DNA of 64,000 bases from Candidatus Marinacidobacterales bacterium (lineage in GTDB: Bacteria; Acidobacteriota; Vicinamibacteria; Marinacidobacterales; SMYC01): contig OZ250169.1 of the NCBI GenBank assembly GCA_965237955.1, positions 6,464,001 to 6,528,000 on the forward strand, given 5' to 3'. Shown here one piece after another: positions 9,272 through 19,877 of the stretch. The translations under genes were made by a program, and so were the position numbers. The number at the start of each line of letters is the position of its first letter. Position 1 is the first letter of the stretch. The notes beneath the pieces are model-generated. The model was not told the DNA's origin. It saw only the letters and a list, made by a program, of their open reading frames with translations, and made no database searches.

Positions 9272-10358
9272 TGCCTTGGTGCACAACTCCGATGGAGGCC
9301 GAGAGCTCGCTTGGCCCCGACTCCCATCATCCGATCATCTCGCTATCAGGCATCCCGAGCGCCGTCATCGTGTTGAGAATCTTGCACCCGATCCTTGCCT
9401 CGACTCTCTGTGCCGCCAACCCTCTCGCTCGCATCGCTGAGCCCACGATAGCCTTGTAGCGATGGAACGTTGTCTCGACTTTGCTCCGTTTGCTGTAGCC
9501 CGATTCTGTGTGCCACTTTCGTTTGCCGAGCCGAGCTTGTGCTGCAATGTTGCGATTGCGCTGTCGGCTGCTCGCCGGCCCCGATGCGAGCTGGGCGCCC
9601 TTGCGCGGCGGTATCAGCACCCTCGGCGAGCAATGAGCGCTGTGATTCTCGATTGCCTCATAGACGCCGCCGGCGTCGTATGCGGTGTCAGCTCTGGCCG
9701 ATGAGATGGGACTGTCGATCTGTCCGACAAGCGATGCAACCCGCGATGAATCGCGGGCTCTTTTGCTCGTCAGCTCGCCGGCGACGACTTCGCCACTCTG
9801 CTCGTCGACACACAGATGGAGCTTGCGATAGTCCCTGCTCTTTGGTGCTCTGCGCAGCTGGCCGGCGTGGACAGCGAGACCGCTGCTGTCGATCAAGATG
9901 TGCAACGGCGTCTTCTGCTTGTCTTGGTAGAAGGGGACCTTACCCAGCTTCGCCTTGCGCCTCGAGATCGTGGTGTGATCGGGCACATCATTGTCTAGCT
10001 TCATCAGAGCGAACAACGATCGCAGCAATCCCTCGCTCTGCCTAGATGACAGATGAAACACCATGCCCAGGGTGACAGCCGTCTCGATGGCGTGGTTCGA
10101 GTACTTGCGTTGACGGCTCGGTTTCCTCCTCCTCGGCCGGGGCGCGTCCCAGTTCACAAGCTTGCCGGCGGTGAGCGAGATCCAGACGGTCAGGCTCCCA
10201 CGGTTGCGTAGACCCGCCTCATATTCACGCCAATTCCTCACGCGATAGGCCTTCTTCACATACTTCCGCTGAGTGCGTTTGAAAATGCTCATGGGGAACC
10301 TCGAATCCGTGAGTAAAGGACAATTGTGGACCGAGATCGCGAGTTGTGCACCAAGGCA
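9272..10358 (-). mobile_element. IS5-family (IS903-like) element
   Basis: 18-bp perfect TIR TGCCTTGGTGCACAACTC / GAGTTGTGCACCAAGGCA; no matching target duplication. Confidence 0.92.
9327..10292 (-). CDS. IS5 transposase
   Basis: 'YRVRNWREYEAGLRNRGSLTVW', 'PDHTTISRR', 'IDSSGL', 'ADTAYD', 'GYSKRSKVET'. Confidence 0.92.
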   Translation of the reverse strand: MSIFKRTQRKYVKKAYRVRNWREYEAGLRNRGSLTVWISLTAGKLVNWDAPRPRRRKPSRQRKYSNHAIETAVTLGMVFHLSSRQSEGLLRSLFALMKLDNDVPDHTTISRRKAKLGKVPFYQDKQKTPLHILIDSSGLAVHAGQLRRAPKSRDYRKLHLCVDEQSGEVVAGELTSKRARDSSRVASLVGQIDSPISSARADTAYDAGGVYEAIENHSAHCSPRVLIPPRKGAQLASGPASSRQRNRNIAAQARLGKRKWHTESGYSKRSKVETTFHRYKAIVGSAMRARGLAAQRVEARIGCKILNTMTALGMPDSEMIG

Positions 10359-10696
10359 CTTCTACGTCGCTCAAACCTATCCCAACGGAATGATCTCTTT
10401 TGAGTCCAAGCAGTGGTACATAAGCAGCTGTCTAAAGTCAGAGCGCGTCGGTCTTGAGCAAGTCGATGACGACCGGTGGAAGGTTCACTTCGGTCCCGTC
10501 CCTCTCGGGATTCTCGATGTTCGAAACGCCAGGGACCGTGGATATCGCGCCTTTGGGCTTCTAGTTTCTCCCGAACGACGAAGCAAGAGGCCATACAAAA
10601 GACGAGGCCCGAAATGATCTCGAAGAGAATCCACGACACCGCAAACTGTTACCTATGTGCCCGGTCTGTTTCGTTACCGATGTAGGCGGTTGCACA
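10359..10696 (+). mobile_element. IS481-family 3' remnant
   Basis: C-terminal 'ERVGLEQVDDDRWKVHFGPVPLG' and right end TGTTACCTATGT...GTTACCGATGT...TGCACA. Confidence 0.75.
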
Positions 10697-10885
10697 TGGT
10701 GCTTTATTTGACGTGTGCAGCGCGTCCTGCGGACGGTGGCAACCTCTGCTCTTCGCCGGAGACATTCCCGCCTCGCCAAAGACCTCGTCACTACACTCAG
10801 CCGGGATTTTACCGACAGGATCAGCGGGTTCGAGCACTAGACTGGAAGTTTGTTTGCGGTCCATCACTCACCTATCCTGGAGAAG

Positions 10886-11109
10886 ATGGGTGATACGAAG
10901 ATTCTCGCGCGTATTGTGGTCGTCCTGCTCGCGACGGCAGCGTGCTCGCCAACCATCCCGGAGCAATGGGCCCACTTTACCTGCATGGGTACTCACGCGG
11001 CACCGAATGCTGGGCGATGAAAGTCGATCAGTTTGGAGACGTCGCCGCGCTATCGATTTTCAACGCAGATGGGTCTGAGCCGCTCATGTTTCTGGCCTGT
11101 CTTCGGTGA
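10886..11109 (+). pseudogene. Probable lipoprotein remnant (lipobox ATAAC, frame broken)
   Basis: GGAGA RBS, MGDTKILARIVVVLLATAAC signal-like start, then the frame is lost after about 30 codons. Confidence 0.35.
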
Positions 11110-11150
11110 GGCCGAGACCCCGGAATTGATTCGGTTCAAATGAGGCGGCC

Positions 11151-11693
11151 ATGAGTCAGATCGAGCTAAGCAAGTTCCTCTCCTATGTGCTTCGACATCG
11201 GCCCGACGCCATCGGGATCGAGCTCGACGAAGAAGGTTTCACGGATGCCAAGGTGTTGGTCGAGAAAATGGCCGAGCGGCACCCCGGCTTTGCGATGCGA
11301 GACCTCGAGGCTATCGTCCGCGACGACGACAAGGGGCGATACACGCTGCGCGATGGGCAGATTCGCGCCAGCCAGGGCCACAGCATCGAAGGCATCACCG
11401 CGTTCGAAACGACGCCGAAGACACCGCCCGCTACCCTCTACCACGGCACGAATACGCAGAATTGGAAACGCATTCGAGAGGCCGGAGGGCTTCAACGCAT
11501 GAACCGACACCACGTGCACTTGTCGCCGGACGAAGAAACGGCCGAACGAGTCGGCGCGCGACGCAAGGGCGAGGTGATTCTGCTGTCTGTGAACGCGAAA
11601 CGGATGGCCGAGGACGGCTACAAGTTCTTCCTCTCCGACAACGGCGTGTGGCTCGTCGACGAAGTGCCTATCGACTACCTGAGAGAGCTCTAG
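11151..11693 (+). CDS. kptA: RNA 2'-phosphotransferase (Tpt1/KptA)
   Basis: SKFLSYVLRH, KGRY, IRASQGHS, LYHGT, RHHVHLS, NGVWL motifs. Confidence 0.95.
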   Translation: MSQIELSKFLSYVLRHRPDAIGIELDEEGFTDAKVLVEKMAERHPGFAMRDLEAIVRDDDKGRYTLRDGQIRASQGHSIEGITAFETTPKTPPATLYHGTNTQNWKRIREAGGLQRMNRHHVHLSPDEETAERVGARRKGEVILLSVNAKRMAEDGYKFFLSDNGVWLVDEVPIDYLREL

Positions 11694-12997
11694 ATGACCT
11701 CCAGGCGCACGGCAGCAATCGGCGAGCCCTGCTCGGCAAACCAGCACGTGCCCTCGTTGACCATATCGAGCTCTATCGTGTAGGCGCCCGGCTTTCCCGG
11801 AGCTTTTAGTTGCAGCTCGACGTCGACAGCGTCGCCTTTTGCGACGTCACGCGGAAGCTCCGCTCGGCCGTAATCGTCGTCCACGACCGCGCTCTCGGTA
11901 TCTAAAAGGTGCGCGCCCAACCGCACGTAGCCTCGTCCGCGACGACCTTCCTCGAGCCACACCGTTTCGGATTGATTCTCGACACGCACGGTGAACCGCA
12001 CCGCCTCCCCGGAACGCGCAGAGATCTGCGAGAGAGAAGGCGTTATCTTGGCGAGGTGGGTGCGGGGATTGAGCGAGGTCACCGCGTAGGCGCCTTTGCG
12101 GAAGACCCCGATCGGGCCGGTCAGCACCGCCTTCCGCAGAAAGTCCTGCGGCACGAGCCACGACATCCCGCGCAGAAACAAGCGCATCCGGTTCATCGGG
12201 AGCGTCAAGATCTCGGGCTCGAGCGCCGGAATCGCGAGATCGAGTCCTTTGAAGCCGGCCGCGACGGCGCTCTGGTAAAACTGCTCGAGGTCGAGGTCTT
12301 CCTCCAAGATCCCGTGCTCGGTCTCAGCCTGGGAGATTTCAGTCGCCGTGTGCCCGACGCCCGGCTCGGCGAAACCGAAACGCCCTTGGGGCGCAAGGAC
12401 GCGGTGAAACTCGCTCAGAACCGTCTCGGGATTCGGAAAGTGATGGAACGCATCGAAAACGACAACGAAGTCCAGATCCCCGTCGGGAATATCGATGTCG
12501 CTTCCCGAGTAGGTACGAAACTCGACGCGCGCGCGCGCGTCCGGCGTCAGCTCGCGATCGGCGACCTCGCGAGCGATCTCGAGCGCAGCGGGAGCGATGT
12601 CCATACCTATTACTTCAGCGCCCGTGCGCGCCAGCATGATCGAGGTCCAACCGGTGCCACACCCGAAGTCGAGAACCCGATCACCCGGCCGGATCCGAAG
12701 GGCCGCGAGAAGTTGCCCGAATCGCTCGAGGTACTTCCCCACTCTCTCGGGCTCGGAGAACGGCCGGTTGTGCCAGTACTCACGAAGGTTCGACTGCTCG
12801 AAGTATTTTTCCGACGCGACGTTAATCGAGCTCGTCTCGGGTGGAGGTCGGTCAGTGAGAGCGTCGGGCGGTGACGACCAAAGCGACCTCACCGGCCGGA
12901 AGTGCGGCGGACGATAGGCCCCGAGCGAGCGCCAGGCGACGAGATAAGTCTTCACACCGGGCAGGAGGCTCGAAAGAATTTTTTTGAGGTCAGCCAA
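11690..12997 (-). CDS. Class I SAM-dependent methyltransferase with C-terminal Ig-like domain
   Basis: VLDFGCGTGW, 'DAFHHF', 'LAPQG'; C-terminal 'VENQSETVW...LGAHL...PGAYTIELDMVNEGTCWF'. Confidence 0.8.
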   Translation of the reverse strand: MADLKKILSSLLPGVKTYLVAWRSLGAYRPPHFRPVRSLWSSPPDALTDRPPPETSSINVASEKYFEQSNLREYWHNRPFSEPERVGKYLERFGQLLAALRIRPGDRVLDFGCGTGWTSIMLARTGAEVIGMDIAPAALEIAREVADRELTPDARARVEFRTYSGSDIDIPDGDLDFVVVFDAFHHFPNPETVLSEFHRVLAPQGRFGFAEPGVGHTATEISQAETEHGILEEDLDLEQFYQSAVAAGFKGLDLAIPALEPEILTLPMNRMRLFLRGMSWLVPQDFLRKAVLTGPIGVFRKGAYAVTSLNPRTHLAKITPSLSQISARSGEAVRFTVRVENQSETVWLEEGRRGRGYVRLGAHLLDTESAVVDDDYGRAELPRDVAKGDAVDVELQLKAPGKPGAYTIELDMVNEGTCWFAEQGSPIAAVRLEVI

Positions 12998-13111
12998 GAT
13001 ACGCGCGCCAAAGTAGCACGAGCGAATTTAGCACGGCAAGGTTGCCCCGGCGCAAGCCATCCCCTATCATCAAAGAAATCCCTTTTCGAGCGCATTTATC
13101 GTGAGTACCGT

Positions 13112-15624
13112 TTGAGCCCAACCGACGAGCGTCCGTCCGCGCGCTATTGGCCGTTTCTCCTCGTCCTGGCGCTTTTCTTCCTCTCCGGAGCATCGGGCCT
13201 GGTGTACCAGGTCGTTTGGGTGCGCCTCCTGACCCGGATCTTCGGCACGACGACGTTCGCGGTGAGCGCGCTCCTCGCGGCGTTCATGGCCGGCCTCGGC
13301 CTCGGAGCCGCGCTTGCCTCCCGCTATCTCATGAAGGTACGCCATCCGCTCCGGTGGTTCGGCGCTCTCGAGATCGGGATCGGGCTCTACGCACTCGTAC
13401 TGAACGCGATGCTTCCCGCCGGCGAGGGGCTCTTTCTCGGACTTGTTTCCAACCTGGGGCTCTCGATAGTCGGCGAGAACTTCGCCAAAGTCGCGCTCGC
13501 GTTCATCGTCCTAGTGCCCCCGACGACACTCATGGGCGCGAGTCTCCCTCTGCTCGTCAAGCAGTCGGTGAACAGTTTGTCGACGGTCGGGCTCCGCACC
13601 GGAACCCTCTACGCGATCAATACCCTCGGAGCCGCCGGTGGCTGCTTCGTCGCAGGCTTCTACACCATCCCACTGTGGGGGATGGAAAGCACGACCCAGC
13701 TCGCCGCCGCCGTGAACAGTTTCGTCGGCCTCGCCGCGATCACACTGAGCTTTCTCATAGCCGAGCCTGAACCCGACCCGCCGCTCGACGAGCCCGACGA
13801 GTCCGAAAGCTCCAAAACTACTTCCAAACTACGCTGGGCGGTCGCCGCGTTTACCGTGTCCGGTTTCGCCGCGCTCGGTCTCGAGGTCGTCTGGACCCGT
13901 CTATTGACGCTTGTCTTCAAAGGTTATTCGTACTCGTTCACCGCCATGCTGACGGTGTTTCTCATCGGCATCGCTCTCGGAAGCGTCGCGTTCGCGCGAG
14001 CCGCCGACCGATCTCGTGACCCCGAAGCACTCCTCGGAATCCTGCAGATCGCGATCGGCGTCTCGGTCACCGCGTTTACCGCCCTGCTCGTGTTCTCCGA
14101 CGATTCGCGCGCGTTGTTGCACTATGAGTTCGGCTACGACTTCACCGGGCACATGCTCGCCAAGTTCTTCATCGCTCTCGTCGTGCTCGGAGTTCCGACG
14201 TTTCTGTTCGGCGCGCAATTCCCCGTCGTGTCGCGGCTCGCGACCGACGAAGCCCACACTGCCGGACGGCGTGTCGGCTTGCTCTATGCGATGAACGTCG
14301 TGGGCTCGATCCTCGGCGCGCTCGTCACCGGCTACATCCTGATTCCGCTTGTGGGCACCCAGACAAGCCTCCGCCTGCTCGCCCTATCGATGGTCGCAAC
14401 GGGCATCGCGCTCGTTCTGAAGAGAAGCCAACTGTCCGCGCCATCGAAGCGCACCATCGTCGCCGCAGCCGTGGTGTTGGTGGTGGTGCTTGTGGTCGTC
14501 ACCCCGCGCGATTTGTCGTTGCACCTTCACCGCGAATGGCTCCAGGACGGCGAGATCATAAGCCACTACGAGGAAGGGGCAAGCGCGACGGTCATGGTTG
14601 GACGCTTTCCCGGGGACGACAGTGCCAAGCGAATCCTGATCAACGGAAGCTCGGCGTCCAACTCGTCGTCCTACGGGTTGTCGTGAACCGCGTCCAGGGT
14701 TCCATCCCGTTTCTATTCGACCGGATGCCCAAGAAAGTGCTCGCCGCGTGCTTCGGCACGGGCATTACCTTCGGCACGCTGAGCCAGTTCGACATCGAAC
14801 AGATGGACGGCGTCGACATCTCACCCGAGGTCATCCGTGCGGCCGGACAGTTCCGCGAAGAGAACTACGACGTCCTGAACAACGATCGCGTCACGATCCA
14901 CATCGACGATGGCCGCAACTTTCTGCTGAAGAGTCGAGAAAACTACGACGTCATCACCATGGAGCCAATGCCGCCGGCGCTTGCGGGCGTCGCCGACATG
15001 TACACGAAAGAGTTTTACGACCTCTGCAAAGATCATTTGACGCCTGGCGGTGTCGTCTCGCAGTGGGTGCCGATGTACTTCTTGACTCTCGACGACATGA
15101 AGATGCTCTATCAGACGTTTGCGGACGCGTTTCCGTACGTCATGGTTTTCTACTACACACTCGATTCGTTTCTCGTCGGCTCCGACGAGCCACTTCGATT
15201 GTCCCCCGCGGCTTTCGAAGAACGCCTGGTCTCGAAACAGCTCGCGCGCGACCTCGCGGCCATCGAGCTCCGGTCGCCCGAAGACCTCTTCAGCGCCTAT
15301 CTCATGGGGCGCGACGCCATGCTGCGGTTCGCGGGCGACGCGCCCATCGTGACCGATGACCACCCGCTGGTGGAGTTCACCGCGCCGAAGGCGGTGGACA
15401 TGTCCACGACCTCGACCAACTATCTCAGCGTCACCGAGTACGCGGAATCCGTGGCACCGCTGTTGAAAGATGTGGTGTCCAACGAGCTACACACGACGCT
15501 CGTCGAGCGCTTCGAGCAACAGGAGTGGCTTTGGAACAGCGCCCGCGACAAGGCGGCCGAACGCCGCGAGCGCGCTCACAACGAGAAGCCACCTCCGGGG
15601 ATGGTGCCGTTCGACGAGCAATGA
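13112..15624 (+). pseudogene. Fused MFS/spermidine synthase-like membrane protein, one frameshift near 14682 (possibly a sequencing error)
   Basis: 'FFLSGASGLVYQVVWVR', 'LYAINTLGA', then 'GTGIT', 'IDDGRNFL', 'YTKEFY', 'TDDHPLVEF' in the next frame. Confidence 0.8.
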
Positions 15625-15741
15625 GCTTCACTTGTCCCCCGCGAGCAGCCGCTTCCGAGCGGCTTCGGCCATGATGGGCTTGGTGCAGCTTACCAGGCCG
15701 GCCAACTCTTTCGAGACAGAGGACGTGAGAAAAAATTAATC

Positions 15742-15771
15742 TTGACTAGCTCTACAGCTATGTTATAGAGT
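15742..15771 (+). promoter_or_regulatory. Sigma70-like promoter overlapped by an imperfect palindrome
   Basis: TTGACT-16-TATAGA with extended -10 TG; CTCTA...TAGAG dyad at 15750-15770. Confidence 0.5.
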
Positions 15772-15778
15772 GACCAGC

Positions 15779-15987
15779 ATGGGATACGTGACAAAGCTGC
15801 AGGTGATCAAGCGAGCCAACGACACCCGTCAGTTCTATGTGATTTGCCCGTCACCTTTAGCCCAGGCGCATTATTAGAGATGGAGCCGGGCGAGGAGCTG
15901 GAGTGGGTGGTGGAGGATCGAAACACACTGATTGTGCGTCGGACGCCTAAGGCAAAGCGTGGGAGGAAGCGGGGTAAACGTGGGTGA
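15779..15987 (+). pseudogene. Small AbrB/MazE-like protein, frameshifted near 15870
   Basis: MGYVTKLQVIKRANDTRQFYVICPSPLAQA/LEMEPGEELEWVVEDRNTLIVRR has the swapped-hairpin pattern (xPxxLAxALxMxxGExLEW); not in the ORF track. Confidence 0.6.
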
Positions 15988-16676
15988 TAAGCAAACGTCA
16001 CTTCCAGGCTTTCCGAGTCCGCGAAAACGCAGCGATGGTGATGACGTCCGTATGCCAGCGTTCGTGGGGGCGTTTCGGAAGTTCGGGCTTGCGGCCTACG
16101 GACGGTGTGGCATTCCACCTTGCGAGCAAATCGTTCCGGTCCAGAATGCGGTACACGCTGCTCGGGCTCAGGCAAACGACATCCTCGTCCACCATCATGA
16201 GCCGCCGGTAGCCGTCCCGTGGGTGTGCTAAAGCATAGACCGTCACCGCCTCCTCCTCTTCGGCAAGCTCGGTTGAAGGTGGTCGACTTCTCGTGCGGCT
16301 CGAAACGACACCGGTCGACTAGCTTCCAAGCGTTTTTTTTAGGTCCAGATTCTCCATGGTGATCTCTACCACCACCGATTTCATCCTCTCAAGCTCTTGA
16401 CGCAGCTTCTCCTCGCGGCGAGACGCCTTCTCCTTCTTGCCATTCTGAAATGATTCCAGTGTCGCCTCCTCCGATTGTTTCAGCCACTGATAGTACTGCC
16501 CTGTATTCAATGCGTGGCGCCGACACACCTCGGACACCGTCGCACCACTCTCCTGGCACTCCTTGAGTATCTGCAGCTTCTCCTTCGCTGACCAACGTTT
16601 CCTGCCGTCCATCTCTGCCTTCTCCCTTCGTTGAGTATAAGACAGAGGCGAAAACCGTCACTTACTACGACCCCCA
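15981..16676 (-). mobile_element. Internally deleted IS3-family element
   Basis: TG...CA ends with an imperfect IR; intact orfA; orfB remnant 'HPRDGYRRL', 'SSVYRIL', 'PHERWHTD' lacking the DDE core. Confidence 0.75.
16319..16612 (-). CDS. IS3 transposase OrfA (HTH_Tnp_1)
   Basis: 'RKRWSAKEKLQIL', 'VSEVCRRH', coiled C-terminus 'ENLDLKK'. Confidence 0.85.
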   Translation of the reverse strand: MDGRKRWSAKEKLQILKECQESGATVSEVCRRHALNTGQYYQWLKQSEEATLESFQNGKKEKASRREEKLRQELERMKSVVVEITMENLDLKKTLGS

Positions 16677-18129
16677 AAAGGGCGCAGCTGCTGCTGCGGA
16701 CGGTCGACGTGGAGCGTTTGATCCCAGAGGATCACCCAGCGCGTGCGATCTGGGAGTTCGTGGGTCGGCTGGATCTCAGCGGGTACACGGATCAAGTCCG
16801 CTCGGTCGCGGGTGGCGCAGGCCGGCCTGCGTTTGATCCTCAGCTACTGGTGAGCCTGTGGGTCTACAGCTACAGCCAAGCCGTGAGTTCGGCCCGCGCG
16901 GTTGAGCGGCTGTGCGAACATCATCCGGCGTATCAATGGCTCAGCGGAATGCAGAGCATCAGTGCGCACACGCTGTCGGACTTTCGGATGATTCATAGGG
17001 AGATCCTGGACGAGTTGTTTGTGCAAGCTCTGGGAGTTCTGAGTTCGGACGGATTGATCACGCTCGAGCGAGTCATGCTGGATGGGACGAAGGTGCGCGC
17101 GAACGCTTCGTCGAGTGGATTTCGCCGCAAGCCGACGGTCGAAGAGTGTCTGGAGCAGGCGCGTGAGGCGGTAGAGACTCTCAACGCCCAGACGGAGGAG
17201 GAATCGAGCCGGCAGATGCAGGCAGCGCAGCAACGCGCCAGGCGAGAGAGACAGGATCGTCTAGAATCAGCGTTGAAGGAGTATGACAAGCTGAAAGCCG
17301 CGAAAAGCCGCATAGACCGCGTGAGCACGACCGATCCCGACGCGCGGGTGATGAAGCAAGCCGAGGGCGGCTCCGCACCTAACTACAACGTCCAAGTCTC
17401 AACGGATGCCGCACACGGCCTGATTGTCGACATCGATGCCACGCAGGCCGGTAGCGATTATCAGCAGCTGACGCCGGCCATAGAACGGATTGAGCAGAGC
17501 ATGCAGCGTGCGCCCGAGCAGATGGTCGTAGATGGAGGCTACATTAGTAGCAACAACATCGCGAAGATGGCGAAGCGCGGCATCGATCTCGTCGGCCCCG
17601 ACCACGAGAACAAGGCAGCAGAGGCCAATCGGCGCAAGTCGTATAAGCACCACGGCGTGAAAGCGGAATACGAGGCGTCGAAGTTTGTCTTCGATACGCA
17701 GACCAACACGTATGTGTGCCCGCAGGGCAAGCACTTACGCTACACGCCAAGCAGGAAAGCCATGGCACGATGCGCTATCGATATAAGGCGTCTAAGCAAG
17801 ACTGCCAGACGTGTCCGGCCAAAGAGCAGTGTTGTCCTCGTACGCAGCACGGCCGCTCGATCGAGCGGCGCGAACTCTTGCCCGACATAGCCGCGTTCCG
17901 GAAGAAGATGCAGACCGACGAAGCCAAGGCCATCTATAAGACACGCTCGCAGGTGGCCAAGTTTCCGAATCTCTGGATCAAAACCAAGTTCGGCCTGCGG
18001 CAGTTTAGCGTGCGCGGAGTCGCCAAAGTGCGCACTGAATCTCTGTGGGTCGCCCTCACCTACGATATCTTGCAGTGGATTCGCCTCCGCTGGAGGCCGA
18101 AGATGGTATCGACACTCGTGCCGACGTGA
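16677..18129 (+). pseudogene. IS1182 transposase, 5' end cut by IS3 and frameshift near 17743
   Basis: 'LIPEDHPARAIW', 'GRPAFDP', 'LDGTKVRANAS', 'STTDPDAR', 'YNVQ', 'DGGY', C-terminal 'YKTRSQVA..FGLRQF'. Confidence 0.88.
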
Positions 18130-18164
18130 GCGCGTTGAGCACACGCAGCCCGACTTGTTAAAGC

Positions 18165-19609
18165 GGAGGTGCCCCCACCATAGTTGAAGGTTCGAGGTGG
18201 TGGCGGCTCCTGACACATGGTTTACCCGACTTTGGCGTGCTTGTCGAGCGCTTGATTCTCAGTGACCTCCGCTAACTTCGCTTCGAGGATCGGTAGCGAT
18301 TGGTATCCAATGATACGACGGAAATTTTTCTCCGTGGCGAGCAGAGCCGAAGCGGCCCATCTCAGAACCATCTTGCCATTGCGCCAGCGGGTGACGCGAC
18401 GGGTACGACCTCGCGCACCGCTGAAGCACGACTCGATGATGTTCGTCGATCCAAGGCAGCGTTTCAGAGATGCGGGGAGGTCGAGCTCGTTGATGGTGAA
18501 CATCTCGTCGAGCCCCTCCCGGATGCTCTCCGCCGCCGAGGGGTAGTCGTCCTCGAGCCACTTCGCCTGTTGCTCCAACCGCGCTTTGCCCTTCTTTGCT
18601 GGGAGCTGCCAGGCCGAACGCAGGCTCGCTTGCACTTGCGGCTTCAGCTCCTGCGGCAGATAACCGAGCACATTGCGCTCCTTGTGCTTCCTGCAACGCT
18701 GGACCTTGTTGTGGGTACCGAACACAGCGTCGACGGCGACCCGTAGCGCCTTGGAGCCATCGATCACGAACAGCCGACACCGCTCTGGGCTCAGGCCTCG
18801 TTCGACCAGGTCCTCCAGCAGCGCCTTGCACACTATCTGGTTCTCCGATGCTCCATCCCGAAGCCCCAGAACATGCTTGTATCCCTCTGTATCTACGCCG
18901 ATTGCCGCCAGAGCGTGGTGCACGCCGAAGCGAATCCCGTCCAGGTACACGACCGCGATCTCCAGCTCGTCCAGCGGACGCTCCATCAGCCCCTGCAACT
19001 GCTCCGCGCTTGCTTCCACGAACTCACGGCTCACCTCGCTCTTGCTAACCCCTACCGTCTCCGCCATCTCGGGAAGAACCGACGCGTACTTGCGCGTCGA
19101 CACACCCAGCATCAGGATTTCCCAGATGCGTTGGCTCAGCCGAGACGAGTTGTTCACCGCTTCGTAGGCAGGAATCGCAACCTCCCCTCCCTCTGCCTTT
19201 CCCTTACGCCGCAGACGTGGCCGGCTCACTCTCAACTTCCGCTCCGCAAGGCTTACTACGCCACCCTGCCGGCCGTGCCAGCGAACATCGCTACCCTTCT
19301 TCCCCGGGTGTTTCTCCCCAGCCACACTTTGGGCTGACAGATCCAAGACCGCTTCGATCGTCGCTCGGCCAGCAACGTCGATCACTTCGTCGATCGCTAT
19401 CTCGGTTCGCTCAATCGCATCCAAGAACGGCAACAGAGCTTGCCCCTTCGAGCTCAGTATCTCTCGAAGCTTCTTCCTGTTCTTCGCATCGATGATTTGG
19501 TGATTTGACATCGTGGTGGCTCCTTTCTTTTTCCTTCACAGCCGGATTCTATCGAACCCGGCCTTAGGAGCCGCCACTCCTAACCTTCAACTATCTCAGG
19601 GGCATCTCC
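18165..19609 (-). mobile_element. Complete IS256-family element (1445 bp)
   Basis: Imperfect ~26-bp IR GGAG(G/A)TGCCCC....ATAGTTGAAGG; 8-bp target duplication GTTAAAGC at 18157-18164 and 19610-19617. Confidence 0.97.
18222..19511 (-). CDS. IS256 (mutator) transposase
   Basis: 'GVSTRKY', 'YLDGI', 'VIDGSKAL', 'QRCRKHK', 'STNIIES'. Confidence 0.95.
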   Translation of the reverse strand: MSNHQIIDAKNRKKLREILSSKGQALLPFLDAIERTEIAIDEVIDVAGRATIEAVLDLSAQSVAGEKHPGKKGSDVRWHGRQGGVVSLAERKLRVSRPRLRRKGKAEGGEVAIPAYEAVNNSSRLSQRIWEILMLGVSTRKYASVLPEMAETVGVSKSEVSREFVEASAEQLQGLMERPLDELEIAVVYLDGIRFGVHHALAAIGVDTEGYKHVLGLRDGASENQIVCKALLEDLVERGLSPERCRLFVIDGSKALRVAVDAVFGTHNKVQRCRKHKERNVLGYLPQELKPQVQASLRSAWQLPAKKGKARLEQQAKWLEDDYPSAAESIREGLDEMFTINELDLPASLKRCLGSTNIIESCFSGARGRTRRVTRWRNGKMVLRWAASALLATEKNFRRIIGYQSLPILEAKLAEVTENQALDKHAKVG

Positions 19610-19877
19610 GTTAAAGCGCTAGCAATACGCACCAACGAAACGCCGATACGATATCGGGTGAATCCGTACCGCGCGGACCCGACCCCCTAGTTGACAGAAG
19701 TGTGGACCAACCATCCCCATCTCCCTTGGGAAACGCGATTTTTTCTCACGTCCAGAGCTAGTTCAAGTAGTGCTTGGACTCCCTGCACGTGTGCGCCGAG
19801 CTCAAGTAACACTTTAAGGTGCTCCGTCTAGACGGAAGTTGTTCCGCCATCGCACGTTGGAGCTCTTTCGCCAAAGG

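Larger units (their letters stand above)
15721..19753 (+). mobile_element. IS1182-family element carrying nested IS3 and IS256
   Basis: 15-bp IR GGACGTGAGAAAAAA (15721) / TTTTTTCTCACGTCC (19739-19753), flanked by an AGA/CAGA-type 3-4 bp duplication. Confidence 0.8.
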
